A stretch of 64,000 nt of DNA from IMG/VR virus record IMGVR_UViG_3300036715_001290, positions 1 to 64,000 of that record; one strand, written 5' to 3'. Every line of letters begins with the position of its first letter. Positions within the stretch are counted from its first letter, which is position 1. The position numbers and the translations under genes are program-made. This DNA is from a virus. Shown one piece after another: positions 1-9,714 of the stretch. The notes under the pieces were generated by a model that made no database searches, was not told the origin of the DNA, and saw nothing but the letters and a program-made list of their open reading frames with translations.

Positions 1-25
1 TTATAAAAATTAAACGGTTATAGAA

Positions 26-499
26 TTGAAAAAACAAAAACGTAAAATTGTTAAAATGTCAGGTGCTCAAGCAGATAGATTATTGAATGCTAAAAAATCT
101 CAAGATCTAAAATGTAAATGTGGTACCGTTGTTCCACATACTAGTACCGATGCTGTTTCTGTCACTTGTTCAAAATGTACAAGTGCTTTAGTTCCATTTG
201 AATTACCTTCAAAGAAAGCAAAAGTTGAGAAAAAAGTAGGATATCCACGTGGGTGGAAATTAATGCAGCAATTTGTTTACAAAGATGGTACTGTTTATAG
301 ATTTGGTGTTGAATCTCCAAAATTAAAAGGTACTTTACCGGTAACCGATGTTGATGCAATTAAAGAAACTCAACGTAAAAATCGTGAAGCAAATAAAATT
401 AAAAAAGAAGCACGATTGTTAAAAAGATATAACAAAGCTAAAAAAGAAAAGAAAATTTCAAAAAAGAAAGCAAAGGCAAAATTAAATGTTACTGAATAA
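26..499 (+). CDS. Hypothetical basic protein with putative Zn ribbon
   Basis: 157-aa ORF; CKC...CSKC cysteine pairs; Lys-rich C-terminus. Confidence 0.6.
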   Translation: MKKQKRKIVKMSGAQADRLLNAKKSQDLKCKCGTVVPHTSTDAVSVTCSKCTSALVPFELPSKKAKVEKKVGYPRGWKLMQQFVYKDGTVYRFGVESPKLKGTLPVTDVDAIKETQRKNREANKIKKEARLLKRYNKAKKEKKISKKKAKAKLNVTE

Positions 500-1313
500 T
501 TCCAATGATTTAAGCGCTGTTAAACAAGCATTTCCTGTGATTGATGAAAAATTAAATTCTGCCGAAGATGCTGAAGTTGTTTCATCTGAAAATGTTATGG
601 CTTCGGATAAAATAGAAAGTGTAGATTATTCCAATGTTGGAAATGATCCTAGTATTACATTAGGACTTGATAGTGTTGGTAGAATTAATATTATAAAAGA
701 TAAAAATAAACTACGCCAAGTTTCACAAAAAGTTGAATCCGTTGAGTATGGTGAAAAAATTGCATTGTTACTTTTACAATCAATGAAAGAAAATCCATGT
801 ATCGGTTTATCAGCTCCACAAATTGGTATTTTTAGAAAGGTCTTTGTTGTAAACGTAAAAGAACCTGAGATTTTTATAAATCCTGAAATTATCGAAGCCT
901 CATATGAAACAGTTCCTTATGTAGAAGGCTGTATGTCAATTCCAAATAAATCAAGCAAAACCGTTCGTAGACTTTCAATAAAAGTTAAAGCAGATAATTT
1001 TGAAGGTGTACGTGAGTTTGGTATTAAAGATCCTGATTCTATTAAAAGCAAAAAGGCATTATATGCCGATTTGGATTTATTAGAATGTGTTGCTATTCAA
1101 CATGAATATGATCACTTGATGGGTATTCTAATGACTGATAGATCATATGCAGGTATTACTCATGTTCGTACTGAACCTAAAATTGGTAGGAATGAAAAAG
1201 TTGAATTTATTAATGATAATAATGAAAAAATCATTGATAAATATAAAAATGCAGATAAGCATTTCAAAAATGGTTATAGACTTTCAGTAAAAGAAAATAA
1301 GGAAAATAAATGA
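486..1313 (+). CDS. def: Peptide deformylase (phage-encoded)
   Basis: All three PDF motifs: IGLSAPQIG, EGCMS, QHEYDHLMG; true start may be downstream of 486. Confidence 0.95.
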   Translation: MLLNNSNDLSAVKQAFPVIDEKLNSAEDAEVVSSENVMASDKIESVDYSNVGNDPSITLGLDSVGRINIIKDKNKLRQVSQKVESVEYGEKIALLLLQSMKENPCIGLSAPQIGIFRKVFVVNVKEPEIFINPEIIEASYETVPYVEGCMSIPNKSSKTVRRLSIKVKADNFEGVREFGIKDPDSIKSKKALYADLDLLECVAIQHEYDHLMGILMTDRSYAGITHVRTEPKIGRNEKVEFINDNNEKIIDKYKNADKHFKNGYRLSVKENKENK

Positions 1314-1636
1314 AAACTATTTTAATTAGACATGGTGAATTTGCACCTGAATTAGTCTATATAAATATTGATTTAGATGAACCTAAACTTTTAGCATGGC
1401 TTAATGAAAATTATGGTCATTCTAAAGATGATCGTCGTGATAAGATGTTTGATACAAAAAGAAAACTAATACCAAGACCTGAAGTTGAAAGTGAATTAAA
1501 TTCAATTTTAACGGCTGGTGTTGCAACACGTGTATTTTTATATAATAATGATGTTGGTGCTCGTGTTTGGACATGCGAAGATCTTAAAGATCTTATTTTC
1601 AAATTTTATGGAAGAGTTGGTCATTATGGTAACTAA
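1310..1636 (+). CDS. Hypothetical protein
   Basis: 108-aa ORF, AAGGA upstream, 4-nt overlap with def. Confidence 0.6.
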   Translation: MKTILIRHGEFAPELVYINIDLDEPKLLAWLNENYGHSKDDRRDKMFDTKRKLIPRPEVESELNSILTAGVATRVFLYNNDVGARVWTCEDLKDLIFKFYGRVGHYGN

Positions 1637-1967
1637 AGTAAAGATTAAAGAAATTGAGACTAAAGTTTTATCAAAAATCAAAGTGTATTGTTTATCATTT
1701 TGGAAATTTGTAAAACTTTATAGCTTAATAATATTATCTATTGTCTTTGGTTATTTAGTGCACACTGTTAGAACAACAGTTCAACATAAAGTCTTTGAAT
1801 TTAAGACAGGTGATAGTATTAGTATTATGGTTGATGATAAAGGTCAATTAAATATAATTGATTTTAAAGCAAATTCGGTTACTATATTTGATGATTCATC
1901 AACTACAATTATTAACGGTCAAATACAAGCGCAAATGCAACGTTCATATTTGAATAAAATAAAATGA
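1626..1967 (+). CDS. Membrane-anchored hypothetical protein
   Basis: Likely start ATG 1626 inside track ORF 1518..1967; hydrophobic segment LYSLIILSIVFGYLV. Confidence 0.6.
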   Translation: MVTKVKIKEIETKVLSKIKVYCLSFWKFVKLYSLIILSIVFGYLVHTVRTTVQHKVFEFKTGDSISIMVDDKGQLNIIDFKANSVTIFDDSSTTIINGQIQAQMQRSYLNKIK

Positions 1968-2476
1968 AATTAACACATTTATATATGTCACTGTTATTTT
2001 TTATAACAGTGACTATGTTTATTACTGATATAGTTAGAATAAATAATATAGAAGCAGAAGTTGTAAAAATTCATAATATACAAACAAAGCAAAATATTAT
2101 TTCACCTGAAGTGCAGGTTTATTTAAGTACTGTAAAATATTCTAAAGAATATAATGTACCAACGAAATATGCACTAAGAATGTTATATCATGAATCAACA
2201 TATCGTGGCCCAATAGATAAAGATTATAATGCAAATTTAATTTCAAATCAAAATGCATTAGGAGCTGCACAAGTAATGTTAAGTACGGCAAATTCAATGT
2301 CGGATAGTGTATTAACATATGACCAAGTGTTATATGATATAGACCTTAACATAAAAGTGTCAATGAAATATTTAAGTACATTATATGCAAAATATCATAG
2401 ATGGGATATTGCATTTGGTGTATACAATACTGGGCATAAAGTGGTTAATGATTATGCCAAATCAATTACAAAATAA
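1964..2476 (+). CDS. Lytic transglycosylase (SLT domain) with N-terminal membrane anchor
   Basis: Catalytic HES motif, GAAQVM, YNTG; N-terminal hydrophobic helix. Confidence 0.85.
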   Translation: MKLTHLYMSLLFFITVTMFITDIVRINNIEAEVVKIHNIQTKQNIISPEVQVYLSTVKYSKEYNVPTKYALRMLYHESTYRGPIDKDYNANLISNQNALGAAQVMLSTANSMSDSVLTYDQVLYDIDLNIKVSMKYLSTLYAKYHRWDIAFGVYNTGHKVVNDYAKSITK

Positions 2477-2488
2477 AGAGGTTATTAA

Positions 2489-3262
2489 ATGAAAGAATTA
2501 ACACCAGAACAAGTTCAAGCAAATTATGATAGATTAATCGAATGGATTAAAGATTCATCTAAACATGGATTTTCACAAGATCGTATTGATAAACTATTAA
2601 AATTATATGGTGAATTTGAAGAGAGAATTACTATGATGCCGGCATCAGGTAAAGAACATTTTCATTCATGTTTTGTTGGTGGTTATGTTCATCATGTTTT
2701 GAATGTTATCAGATGTGCAGAAGAATTGCATGAATTGTGGATTCGTATGGGTCAATTTGAGAATTATGAATATTCAGAATTAATGTTCGTTGCATTAAAT
2801 CATGATATTGGTAAATTGGGAGATTTAGATAATGAATTATATGTTCCAGTAACTGAAGATTGGAAACGCAAACGTGGTGAAATGTATGATACAAATACAA
2901 CTATTAAAAATGTAATGCCACATCAAGATAGAGCTTTATGGTTCTTACAAGAATATGATATTCGTATTACTGAAAATGAATTTATCGGAATTAGACTTCA
3001 TGATGGTTTATATAATAAAGGTAATGAAGAATATTTAGTTTCTTGGTATGATTCTAAACAAATCAAAAATAACTTACCATATATAATTCATCAAGCCGAT
3101 ATGATGGCTATGCGTATTGAATACCAAGATTGGAAATTTGGTGAAAAGAATATAAAGGTTCTTAAATCAGGAAAACAGTCGGCACAAGCAAAAGCAGTTG
3201 ATGTTTTCAAAGAATTTACTTTAGGTGACATGTCAGCAATATTAAATAAAAAGAAGTCATAA
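2489..3262 (+). CDS. HD-domain phosphohydrolase (YhaM-like)
   Basis: PAS..HFH...GGYVHH, HDIGK, RLHDG and HQAD motifs; GAGG RBS. Confidence 0.85.
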   Translation: MKELTPEQVQANYDRLIEWIKDSSKHGFSQDRIDKLLKLYGEFEERITMMPASGKEHFHSCFVGGYVHHVLNVIRCAEELHELWIRMGQFENYEYSELMFVALNHDIGKLGDLDNELYVPVTEDWKRKRGEMYDTNTTIKNVMPHQDRALWFLQEYDIRITENEFIGIRLHDGLYNKGNEEYLVSWYDSKQIKNNLPYIIHQADMMAMRIEYQDWKFGEKNIKVLKSGKQSAQAKAVDVFKEFTLGDMSAILNKKKS

Positions 3263-3263
3263 T

Positions 3264-3569
3264 ATGGAAATACATATTGAATTATATAATACAATAGTTA
3301 CTATATATGCATTAGTTGCAACATATGTTGCTATTAATACTTATAGAAAACTAACAGTTATGGAATCTATATTAATTTCATTTGAACATTATAAAAGTTT
3401 AATGATATTACGATTTAATGATGCACTTAAGAAAATTAAGGATATTGATATTCGTGGTTCATTTGAAGCCGATGATGAAATTGGATGGACTTATAAATTT
3501 ATAACAAATGAAATTAAAGAGTTACACGAAAACGTTGTTAACTATTTTACTAATAAACCTACGGAATAA
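3264..3569 (+). CDS. Hypothetical membrane protein
   Basis: 101 aa with N-terminal hydrophobic helix; tightly coupled to neighbours. Confidence 0.55.
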   Translation: MEIHIELYNTIVTIYALVATYVAINTYRKLTVMESILISFEHYKSLMILRFNDALKKIKDIDIRGSFEADDEIGWTYKFITNEIKELHENVVNYFTNKPTE

Positions 3570-3571
3570 AT

Positions 3572-4315
3572 ATGTTAACTCAATTGAGTAAAATTAAAAA
3601 GAAAAAGGGTAAGGTGTATTTTACACCTGATACTGAAGCTGCAGTGTTAGAATATATTGCTGAACCTGATGTGTTAAAACGAAGTATTATCTATAAAGAT
3701 CGTATTGAGTTTGCATTGGATAAAATGGCAGAAAGTATTATTAATACTAAAAAGTTTTCATATATTAATGAATCATTTTATGATATTAAGCATGAATTAG
3801 TTGCTCATATTTTATTAAACATAAGTAAAATATCTCCAGAAAAAGGTAGGGCATTTTCATACTTTACACGTTCTATGATTAATTATTTAATATTATGGAA
3901 TAGGCGATGTGAAAGACGAATGAAAAATGAAATGTCAATGTCAGGTAATGATGATTCTGAAAATAGTTTTGCATTGGACATAAAAGATGAATCATATGAT
4001 ATTGATGAAAAAAATGATGATATATCAACATTCATACAACAGTTTATAATTTATCTTAAAGAAAATTCATATGAAATATGTAAAGGTAGAAAAAAATACC
4101 AAAATATATTATCAGCAATAATACACCTATTGGAAAATAAGGGAATGGACATCATTTCAAAGAAATCAATATTTGTATACATCCGCGAAATGACAGATGA
4201 CACATCTCAAAACATCAACAGAATATTAAACGTAATGAAAAAAATATACCTAAATGCATATTCTTCATATAAAGAACATGGTTATTTAGATATGTCAAAA
4301 AAATATTATAATTAA
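3572..4315 (+). CDS. Late-transcription sigma factor (T4 gp55-like)
   Basis: Region-2-like segment KISPEKGRAFSYFTRSMINYL resembles the gp55 AFAYFT motif; precedes the structural region. Confidence 0.7.
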   Translation: MLTQLSKIKKKKGKVYFTPDTEAAVLEYIAEPDVLKRSIIYKDRIEFALDKMAESIINTKKFSYINESFYDIKHELVAHILLNISKISPEKGRAFSYFTRSMINYLILWNRRCERRMKNEMSMSGNDDSENSFALDIKDESYDIDEKNDDISTFIQQFIIYLKENSYEICKGRKKYQNILSAIIHLLENKGMDIISKKSIFVYIREMTDDTSQNINRILNVMKKIYLNAYSSYKEHGYLDMSKKYYN

Positions 4316-4334
4316 TCATTATACTCCTACAAGC

Positions 4335-4366
4335 AGGCGGTTATCGTAAGGTACCCGCCTTTTTTA
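4335..4366 (+). terminator. Rho-independent terminator
   Basis: AGGCGG...CCGCCT stem followed by a T-tract. Confidence 0.85.
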
Positions 4367-4386
4367 TTTATTTTTAGTACTTTCTT

Positions 4387-4395
4387 ATATTTATA
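4387..4395 (+). promoter_or_regulatory. Putative late promoter ATATTTATA
   Basis: Recurrent intergenic motif, 35 nt before ATG 4431. Confidence 0.6.
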
Positions 4396-4430
4396 TAGAC
4401 AAGGTTATAATATAACAATTCAAGGAAAGT

Positions 4431-4868
4431 ATGGATAAAGATACTACAATATTTGGTGAGATATCACTATCAAATATTTATGCAGATATTTATAATAGTT
4501 CTAAAAATAAATCAAGTCAAATAGACTTCTTTTTAGAAAAATTAAATAGTCTAATTAAACAACCACAAGATGCTATGATTATTGTACCTTTAATTAAAGA
4601 ATATTTTGAGGTTGCGGTTGCTAATGATGGAAATATGGTTAAATTAGCAGCTATTATACAACGTATGATAAGTGCTATAAAAATAGGCGGAGGTGGTGAA
4701 ACAGGTGCATTCACTGAAGATGAAAGACAAAGTTTAATTAAAGATATTAATGCCCAACGTGCATTAGCAAAATCAGTAGATACAAATGTTAGTAATAGAT
4801 TAACAACATTAATTGATAAAGCGGATGCCGCTATAAAAGATTTAGAAGGTGAAAATGTAAATGTTTGA
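4431..4868 (+). CDS. Hypothetical helical protein
   Basis: 145-aa ORF, AAGGA RBS, first gene after the late motif. Confidence 0.65.
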   Translation: MDKDTTIFGEISLSNIYADIYNSSKNKSSQIDFFLEKLNSLIKQPQDAMIIVPLIKEYFEVAVANDGNMVKLAAIIQRMISAIKIGGGGETGAFTEDERQSLIKDINAQRALAKSVDTNVSNRLTTLIDKADAAIKDLEGENVNV

Positions 4869-5928
4869 AAATAACAATGAATTAATAAGTAGTTCAACAT
4901 TATCAAGTAAGTTACCACAGAATCAAAATGGTATTAAATCAAACATTGCAGAAGTAACTGATATTATATTAGATGAAAATCATGTACTTTATACGGGTCC
5001 AAATGACATTGGTAAGGCCGTTATAAATATACTTGATGGAAATCCTAATCCTGAAGGTGTATTAGCAACACCTGGGACTAAAAATATTTTTGTAATACCA
5101 ATTATTGGTGAATTGGTAAAATTTTATTATATTTTAGATAAAGTATATTATGAAGCCCCTATTAGTTATATTGGAGATGTATTTGAAAATACAAGTAATA
5201 AGTTAGTTACTGGTGATAAAGTAACATCATCATCTACCAACATTTCAAACTTCAAATCAAGTGGCCCTAAACCAACGGTCGCACCATCATCAACACCAAC
5301 AACGGATAATAAGCTAAATAAGCTAAATAAATCTAAACAGGTTGATATGGTCCCTGGAATGTTAATGATTCAAAGTAGGTTTGGAAGTGCTATGATATTT
5401 TCATACGATAAAGATGCAAGATATCAAAACATAACAATTACTAATAATGCATTGAACAATGATAATAGTATATTTATATGTGAGCAAAATGTCGAATTTA
5501 ATGCATCAACAAATGGTAAACAGTATTATTATAATAATTTATCAGAACCTGTTTTTAAGGGTAAACAAATAATATTAAATTCAGATAGAATAATATTAAA
5601 TTCAAATCAAAATGAAATTTCAATATTTTCAAAACGTAGTTTATATGGTAGTGCTAATGAAAAAATAATATTTGAATGTGGTGATAATATAATACTTTCT
5701 ACAGCAAAATCAATTTCATTGAAAGCAAATAAAATTACCATTGGAGATGGTGCAACAATCCCAGCAGTTTTAGGAACAAAATTAACACAATTAATTTCTA
5801 AGATAATACAAGAAATGACTAAACTTACATTTGGTGCACCTGGGACACCACCTGTTAATTTACCTTCAATATTAGCATTGAATAGTGAAGTAACTGGAAT
5901 ATTAAGTAATAATGTAAAAATAATATAA
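4861..5928 (+). CDS. Baseplate hub/spike protein (gp5-like, no lysozyme domain)
   Basis: N-terminal OB-like AEVTDI...PIIGELV; beta-strand repeats; C-terminal PAVLG spike-like motif; close to gp25/gp6. Confidence 0.6.
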   Translation: MFENNNELISSSTLSSKLPQNQNGIKSNIAEVTDIILDENHVLYTGPNDIGKAVINILDGNPNPEGVLATPGTKNIFVIPIIGELVKFYYILDKVYYEAPISYIGDVFENTSNKLVTGDKVTSSSTNISNFKSSGPKPTVAPSSTPTTDNKLNKLNKSKQVDMVPGMLMIQSRFGSAMIFSYDKDARYQNITITNNALNNDNSIFICEQNVEFNASTNGKQYYYNNLSEPVFKGKQIILNSDRIILNSNQNEISIFSKRSLYGSANEKIIFECGDNIILSTAKSISLKANKITIGDGATIPAVLGTKLTQLISKIIQEMTKLTFGAPGTPPVNLPSILALNSEVTGILSNNVKII

Positions 5929-5933
5929 TTCAT

Positions 5934-5942
5934 ATATTTATT
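5934..5942 (+). promoter_or_regulatory. Putative late promoter ATATTTATT
   Basis: Motif about 19 nt upstream of ATG 5961. Confidence 0.45.
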
Positions 5943-5960
5943 ATAAAAAGGTTAAGAAAA

Positions 5961-6320
5961 ATGGATGAAGCAAGATTTATAAAAATACTAAGAACTGTTG
6001 TTAGACAAGAGTTAGAAATAGCATTTAAGAAATTAGAAGAAAATAATATTCTTTCTGATGATAAAGATGATGTATTAAAACTTATTAATAATAACGTTCC
6101 AAGAGTTGGTCAAAAACAACAAAAAAAAGTACAAGAATCACAACGCCCTAAAATACAATTTAAGAATCCAGTATTGAATGATATCATGAATAATACTATA
6201 GATGATATTCCTGAAGGTGATACCGCTCCTAATGCATTAGATGCGATATCAGTAACAGATAAAAAATATGGTACATTTTTAGATAATGTTTTCAACAAAG
6301 ATTATTCAGGTCAAATTTAA
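5961..6320 (+). CDS. Hypothetical virion-associated protein
   Basis: 119-aa ORF in the structural operon. Confidence 0.6.
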   Translation: MDEARFIKILRTVVRQELEIAFKKLEENNILSDDKDDVLKLINNNVPRVGQKQQKKVQESQRPKIQFKNPVLNDIMNNTIDDIPEGDTAPNALDAISVTDKKYGTFLDNVFNKDYSGQI

Positions 6321-6323
6321 TAA

Positions 6324-6686
6324 ATGATAAGTAACCCATTAAGTATTAAATATCCTATAGAACCATCAAAAAAAGATGGATCTTTTAGTTTAAATTATAC
6401 AACGCTTGAACATATAAAAACAAAAATAAGAATATTGTTTTCATGTGAAGAAAATGAAAGATATTTCAATCTTACTGGTATGTCATTAACAAAGTATTTA
6501 TTTGAACAAAATGATGAAACTAGCAATAAGAAAATAAAAAAAGATATTATTGATAGCCTACGGACTTACATTCCAGAAATAACGGTTACTAATGTTACAA
6601 TAGAAAAAATAACGGATCATGATACTCAAGTTTCAATAAACTTTATGTATTTTGGTACATCAGCAGTAGTTAAAATTAAAGTTTAA
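6324..6686 (+). CDS. Baseplate wedge subunit (gp25/GPW-like)
   Basis: Size, ENERYF and YIPEITV patterns; directly upstream of the gp6-like gene. Confidence 0.8.
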   Translation: MISNPLSIKYPIEPSKKDGSFSLNYTTLEHIKTKIRILFSCEENERYFNLTGMSLTKYLFEQNDETSNKKIKKDIIDSLRTYIPEITVTNVTIEKITDHDTQVSINFMYFGTSAVVKIKV

Positions 6687-6691
6687 GGTAT

Positions 6692-8572
6692 ATGATAACT
6701 AAAGACATAAATAAAAACGTAAAATATATTAATAGAAATTTTGAAGATGTTAGAAATGCATTAATTGAATTTCTTAAAGTATATTTTCCAAATGAATTTA
6801 CATCAATTTCAAATGAATCAGTTGAAATGATAATAGTAGAATTATTATCATATATAACCGATTTAACTGGATTTTATCAAAATGTAAAATTTACAGAATC
6901 ATTATTCTTTTCGGCAACCGATAGGACTAATATTATAAATCAAGCACAAAGTCTTTTTGGATATAGACCAAAAGTAAGTGCACAATCACATGCACAATTT
7001 ATGTTATATCAATTAATACCTGCTACAACAGAAATGCCTCAAAAACCAGATTGGAATTATTCGTTAATATTATCGGATTTACAAATAGGTGCAGATGGTA
7101 GCGATACGACATTTATTCCTAATGATGGTATAATTGATTTTTCAAATACATTAACAGATGGAACTGTAATATCGGAATATTCAAAAGGTAATGATGGAAG
7201 TGTATTGTTTTATTTATTAGAAAAACCAATAGCTGGAAAATCGGGTAGTATTGAAACATATACTTATGATGTAGGTAATGCTCAAAAGTTTTTAACTATA
7301 ACAATACCTGATGATAATGTTTTAGAAATTATTGATGTTGTAGGTAGTGATGGTACAGTTTGGTATGAAGTACCATATTTAGCATATAATAAAATAGTGG
7401 ATGATATTCCTGTAAAAAATGATTTAAGATATGCGCATGCGCAACATAATACACCTTATATATTAAACTATAAAAATGTAGATACTAGATTTATATCACG
7501 ATTAGTTGATAATAAATTAATGATACAATTTGGTAGTGGTGTTACACAATTATCAGATATTGATATATTACCTAGCCCAAAATATATTGGTACCGCAACA
7601 TTTAATAAAAATATAGACCCAAGAAATTTTCTATTAAATAGAAGTTATGGTTTAAGTCCAAGTAATGTTACATTAACAATTAGATATCTAAAAGGCTACA
7701 CCGGAAATACAAATTTTGCGGCTGATAGTTTGAATAAGATAAAGAATGTTAATTTTATAAGTAATGGTGCTAATTTAATTGGTAGTGATTTACAAACATT
7801 TAATTATATTAAATCAACATTAACAGTAAACAATATAACAGCCGCAACTGGTGGAAGAGGACCTGAATCATTATATGAAATTAAGGAAAATGCAATTGCA
7901 TCATATCCTACACAAAATCGTTGTGTAACTACACCTGATTATGAAATAAGAATTTTATCATTACATCCTAAATATGGTTCAGTTGCAAAAGTAAAAGTTG
8001 TTAATAATTCAAACTTAATAGCAACTACAAATTCACCTGATGAAACATTGAATAAATTATCAGTTTCTTCATTGAGTGCATTTTGTTTAGGATATGATGA
8101 AAATAACAATTTGGTACCATTATCAGATTTAATAAAAGGTAATATAAAAACATACTTAGATGAATATCGTATGGCTACTGATACTATAGAAATAAGAGAT
8201 GCGTATGTTATTAATATAGGTGTTAATTTTAGTGTATCAATATTTGATGATATTATTGATAAAAAGGAAGTTCTATTAAAATGTATTACTGCATTAAAAG
8301 ATTATTTTGATATTTCAAAATGGACAATTGGTCAACCAATTATTATTCATGAAATTTATAATCTATTAGCAGTTATCCCAGGTGTAAGATCTATAGTTGA
8401 TATTGAGATAGTAAATAAATCAAGTATTGGTGGTTCACCATATTCAAATGTCTATTACCCAGATATAATGTCAAAGGCAAATGTAAATGGTGTAATTTAT
8501 ACGGCACTTGACCCATCTATTTTTGAAGTCAAATTACCAGACAATGATATTGTTGGTACAATTGTTAATTAA
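6692..8572 (+). CDS. Baseplate wedge protein (gp6/baseplate J-like)
   Basis: NRNFEDVRNAL N-terminus, GYRPK, IQFGSG, ATGGRGPES...QNRCVT..DY motifs. Confidence 0.9.
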   Translation: MITKDINKNVKYINRNFEDVRNALIEFLKVYFPNEFTSISNESVEMIIVELLSYITDLTGFYQNVKFTESLFFSATDRTNIINQAQSLFGYRPKVSAQSHAQFMLYQLIPATTEMPQKPDWNYSLILSDLQIGADGSDTTFIPNDGIIDFSNTLTDGTVISEYSKGNDGSVLFYLLEKPIAGKSGSIETYTYDVGNAQKFLTITIPDDNVLEIIDVVGSDGTVWYEVPYLAYNKIVDDIPVKNDLRYAHAQHNTPYILNYKNVDTRFISRLVDNKLMIQFGSGVTQLSDIDILPSPKYIGTATFNKNIDPRNFLLNRSYGLSPSNVTLTIRYLKGYTGNTNFAADSLNKIKNVNFISNGANLIGSDLQTFNYIKSTLTVNNITAATGGRGPESLYEIKENAIASYPTQNRCVTTPDYEIRILSLHPKYGSVAKVKVVNNSNLIATTNSPDETLNKLSVSSLSAFCLGYDENNNLVPLSDLIKGNIKTYLDEYRMATDTIEIRDAYVINIGVNFSVSIFDDIIDKKEVLLKCITALKDYFDISKWTIGQPIIIHEIYNLLAVIPGVRSIVDIEIVNKSSIGGSPYSNVYYPDIMSKANVNGVIYTALDPSIFEVKLPDNDIVGTIVN

Positions 8573-8580
8573 GGAACACA

Positions 8581-9714
8581 ATGCAAATTATTTTTTATGT
8601 AGATAAAGATACTACTTTATATCATAGTCAATCATATGATAATAAAAATACAGGTGAAGATGAAATTTTAGAATTAACTAAAAGAAATATAAATATAGAA
8701 CCTGTAATATCAAGGTCATTAGTATATTTTGATTTAGATAGATTATTTACAGCGTTAGGTAGAATGCCAGATAAGGTTGAATTGTCCCTACCTATTTGTA
8801 TAGCAGGTGATCGCATTAAAGGTTTAACTTTAGAATGCTTCCCAGTTAAACATTATTGGAGTGAAGGTTTTGGTAAATTCACAGAAACAAAAATAAATAC
8901 AAATGATTCAAATTGGTTATATTCCACTGATAATGTTGCTTGGGATGTTGCTGGAGGAGATGTAGCAAGTGTTAATCCAAAGACTTGTACAATTATCGAA
9001 AAGGTTAAAGGTAGATTAAATGAATCTACAATGTTAGAGGATCCAAAATTTGATATTACCGAATTTGTTCAATCATATTATATAAGTGGTTCATCAGATC
9101 TAAAATATGGATTTTTAGTTAAGTTTCAAGATGCCGTAGAATCAAATGATTCTGATTATGGAACTTTATGTTTTTATTCAAAACAATCAAATACAATATA
9201 TAGACCAAAATTAAATATCTATTTTGATGATTATGTACGAGCTTTAGAGATTACCGATGAGGACACTATTCTATCATTAGTTACCGATGATAATTATGTA
9301 CCATCAAATATTAATACATCTATATATGAGTTATCAGGTAATGTATTATTAAGTAATATTTTTATTTTTTATAAAAATTTATCTAAAGAATATTCCGCTA
9401 ATGATGTTGTTGCAATACGACTTAATAGTAGACCAAAATGGCAAAGAGATTCATATAATTTATTTTTGGCCGATACACCTGTGTTGTATTTACCAACTGA
9501 ATCTTTTTATGGTATATTTGATGCAGTAACCGATGAACAAATTATAGGTTTTTCGGAATATACAAAAATATCATCTGACATTGATGGTAATTATTTTAAC
9601 ATTTGGATGGACTCTTTAGTACCACAAAGAATGTATAAAATAAAAATAAAATTAACATATGGAAATAATTTACATATATTTGATAATAACAATACATTTA
9701 TGGTTACTGACTAA
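8581..9714 (+). CDS. DNRLRE/CBM96-like domain virion protein
   Basis: DTTLY..NTG..EILEL..SRSLVYFD..WSEG..FDIT..GFLVK..FYSK..RPKL pattern. Confidence 0.7.
   Translation: MQIIFYVDKDTTLYHSQSYDNKNTGEDEILELTKRNINIEPVISRSLVYFDLDRLFTALGRMPDKVELSLPICIAGDRIKGLTLECFPVKHYWSEGFGKFTETKINTNDSNWLYSTDNVAWDVAGGDVASVNPKTCTIIEKVKGRLNESTMLEDPKFDITEFVQSYYISGSSDLKYGFLVKFQDAVESNDSDYGTLCFYSKQSNTIYRPKLNIYFDDYVRALEITDEDTILSLVTDDNYVPSNINTSIYELSGNVLLSNIFIFYKNLSKEYSANDVVAIRLNSRPKWQRDSYNLFLADTPVLYLPTESFYGIFDAVTDEQIIGFSEYTKISSDIDGNYFNIWMDSLVPQRMYKIKIKLTYGNNLHIFDNNNTFMVTD

Noticed and set aside
5308-5606. Short repeats AATAAGCTA (x2.5) and AATAATATTAAATTCA (x2)
   Set aside because: In-frame coding repeats (NKLNKL; IILNS) within the gp5-like gene
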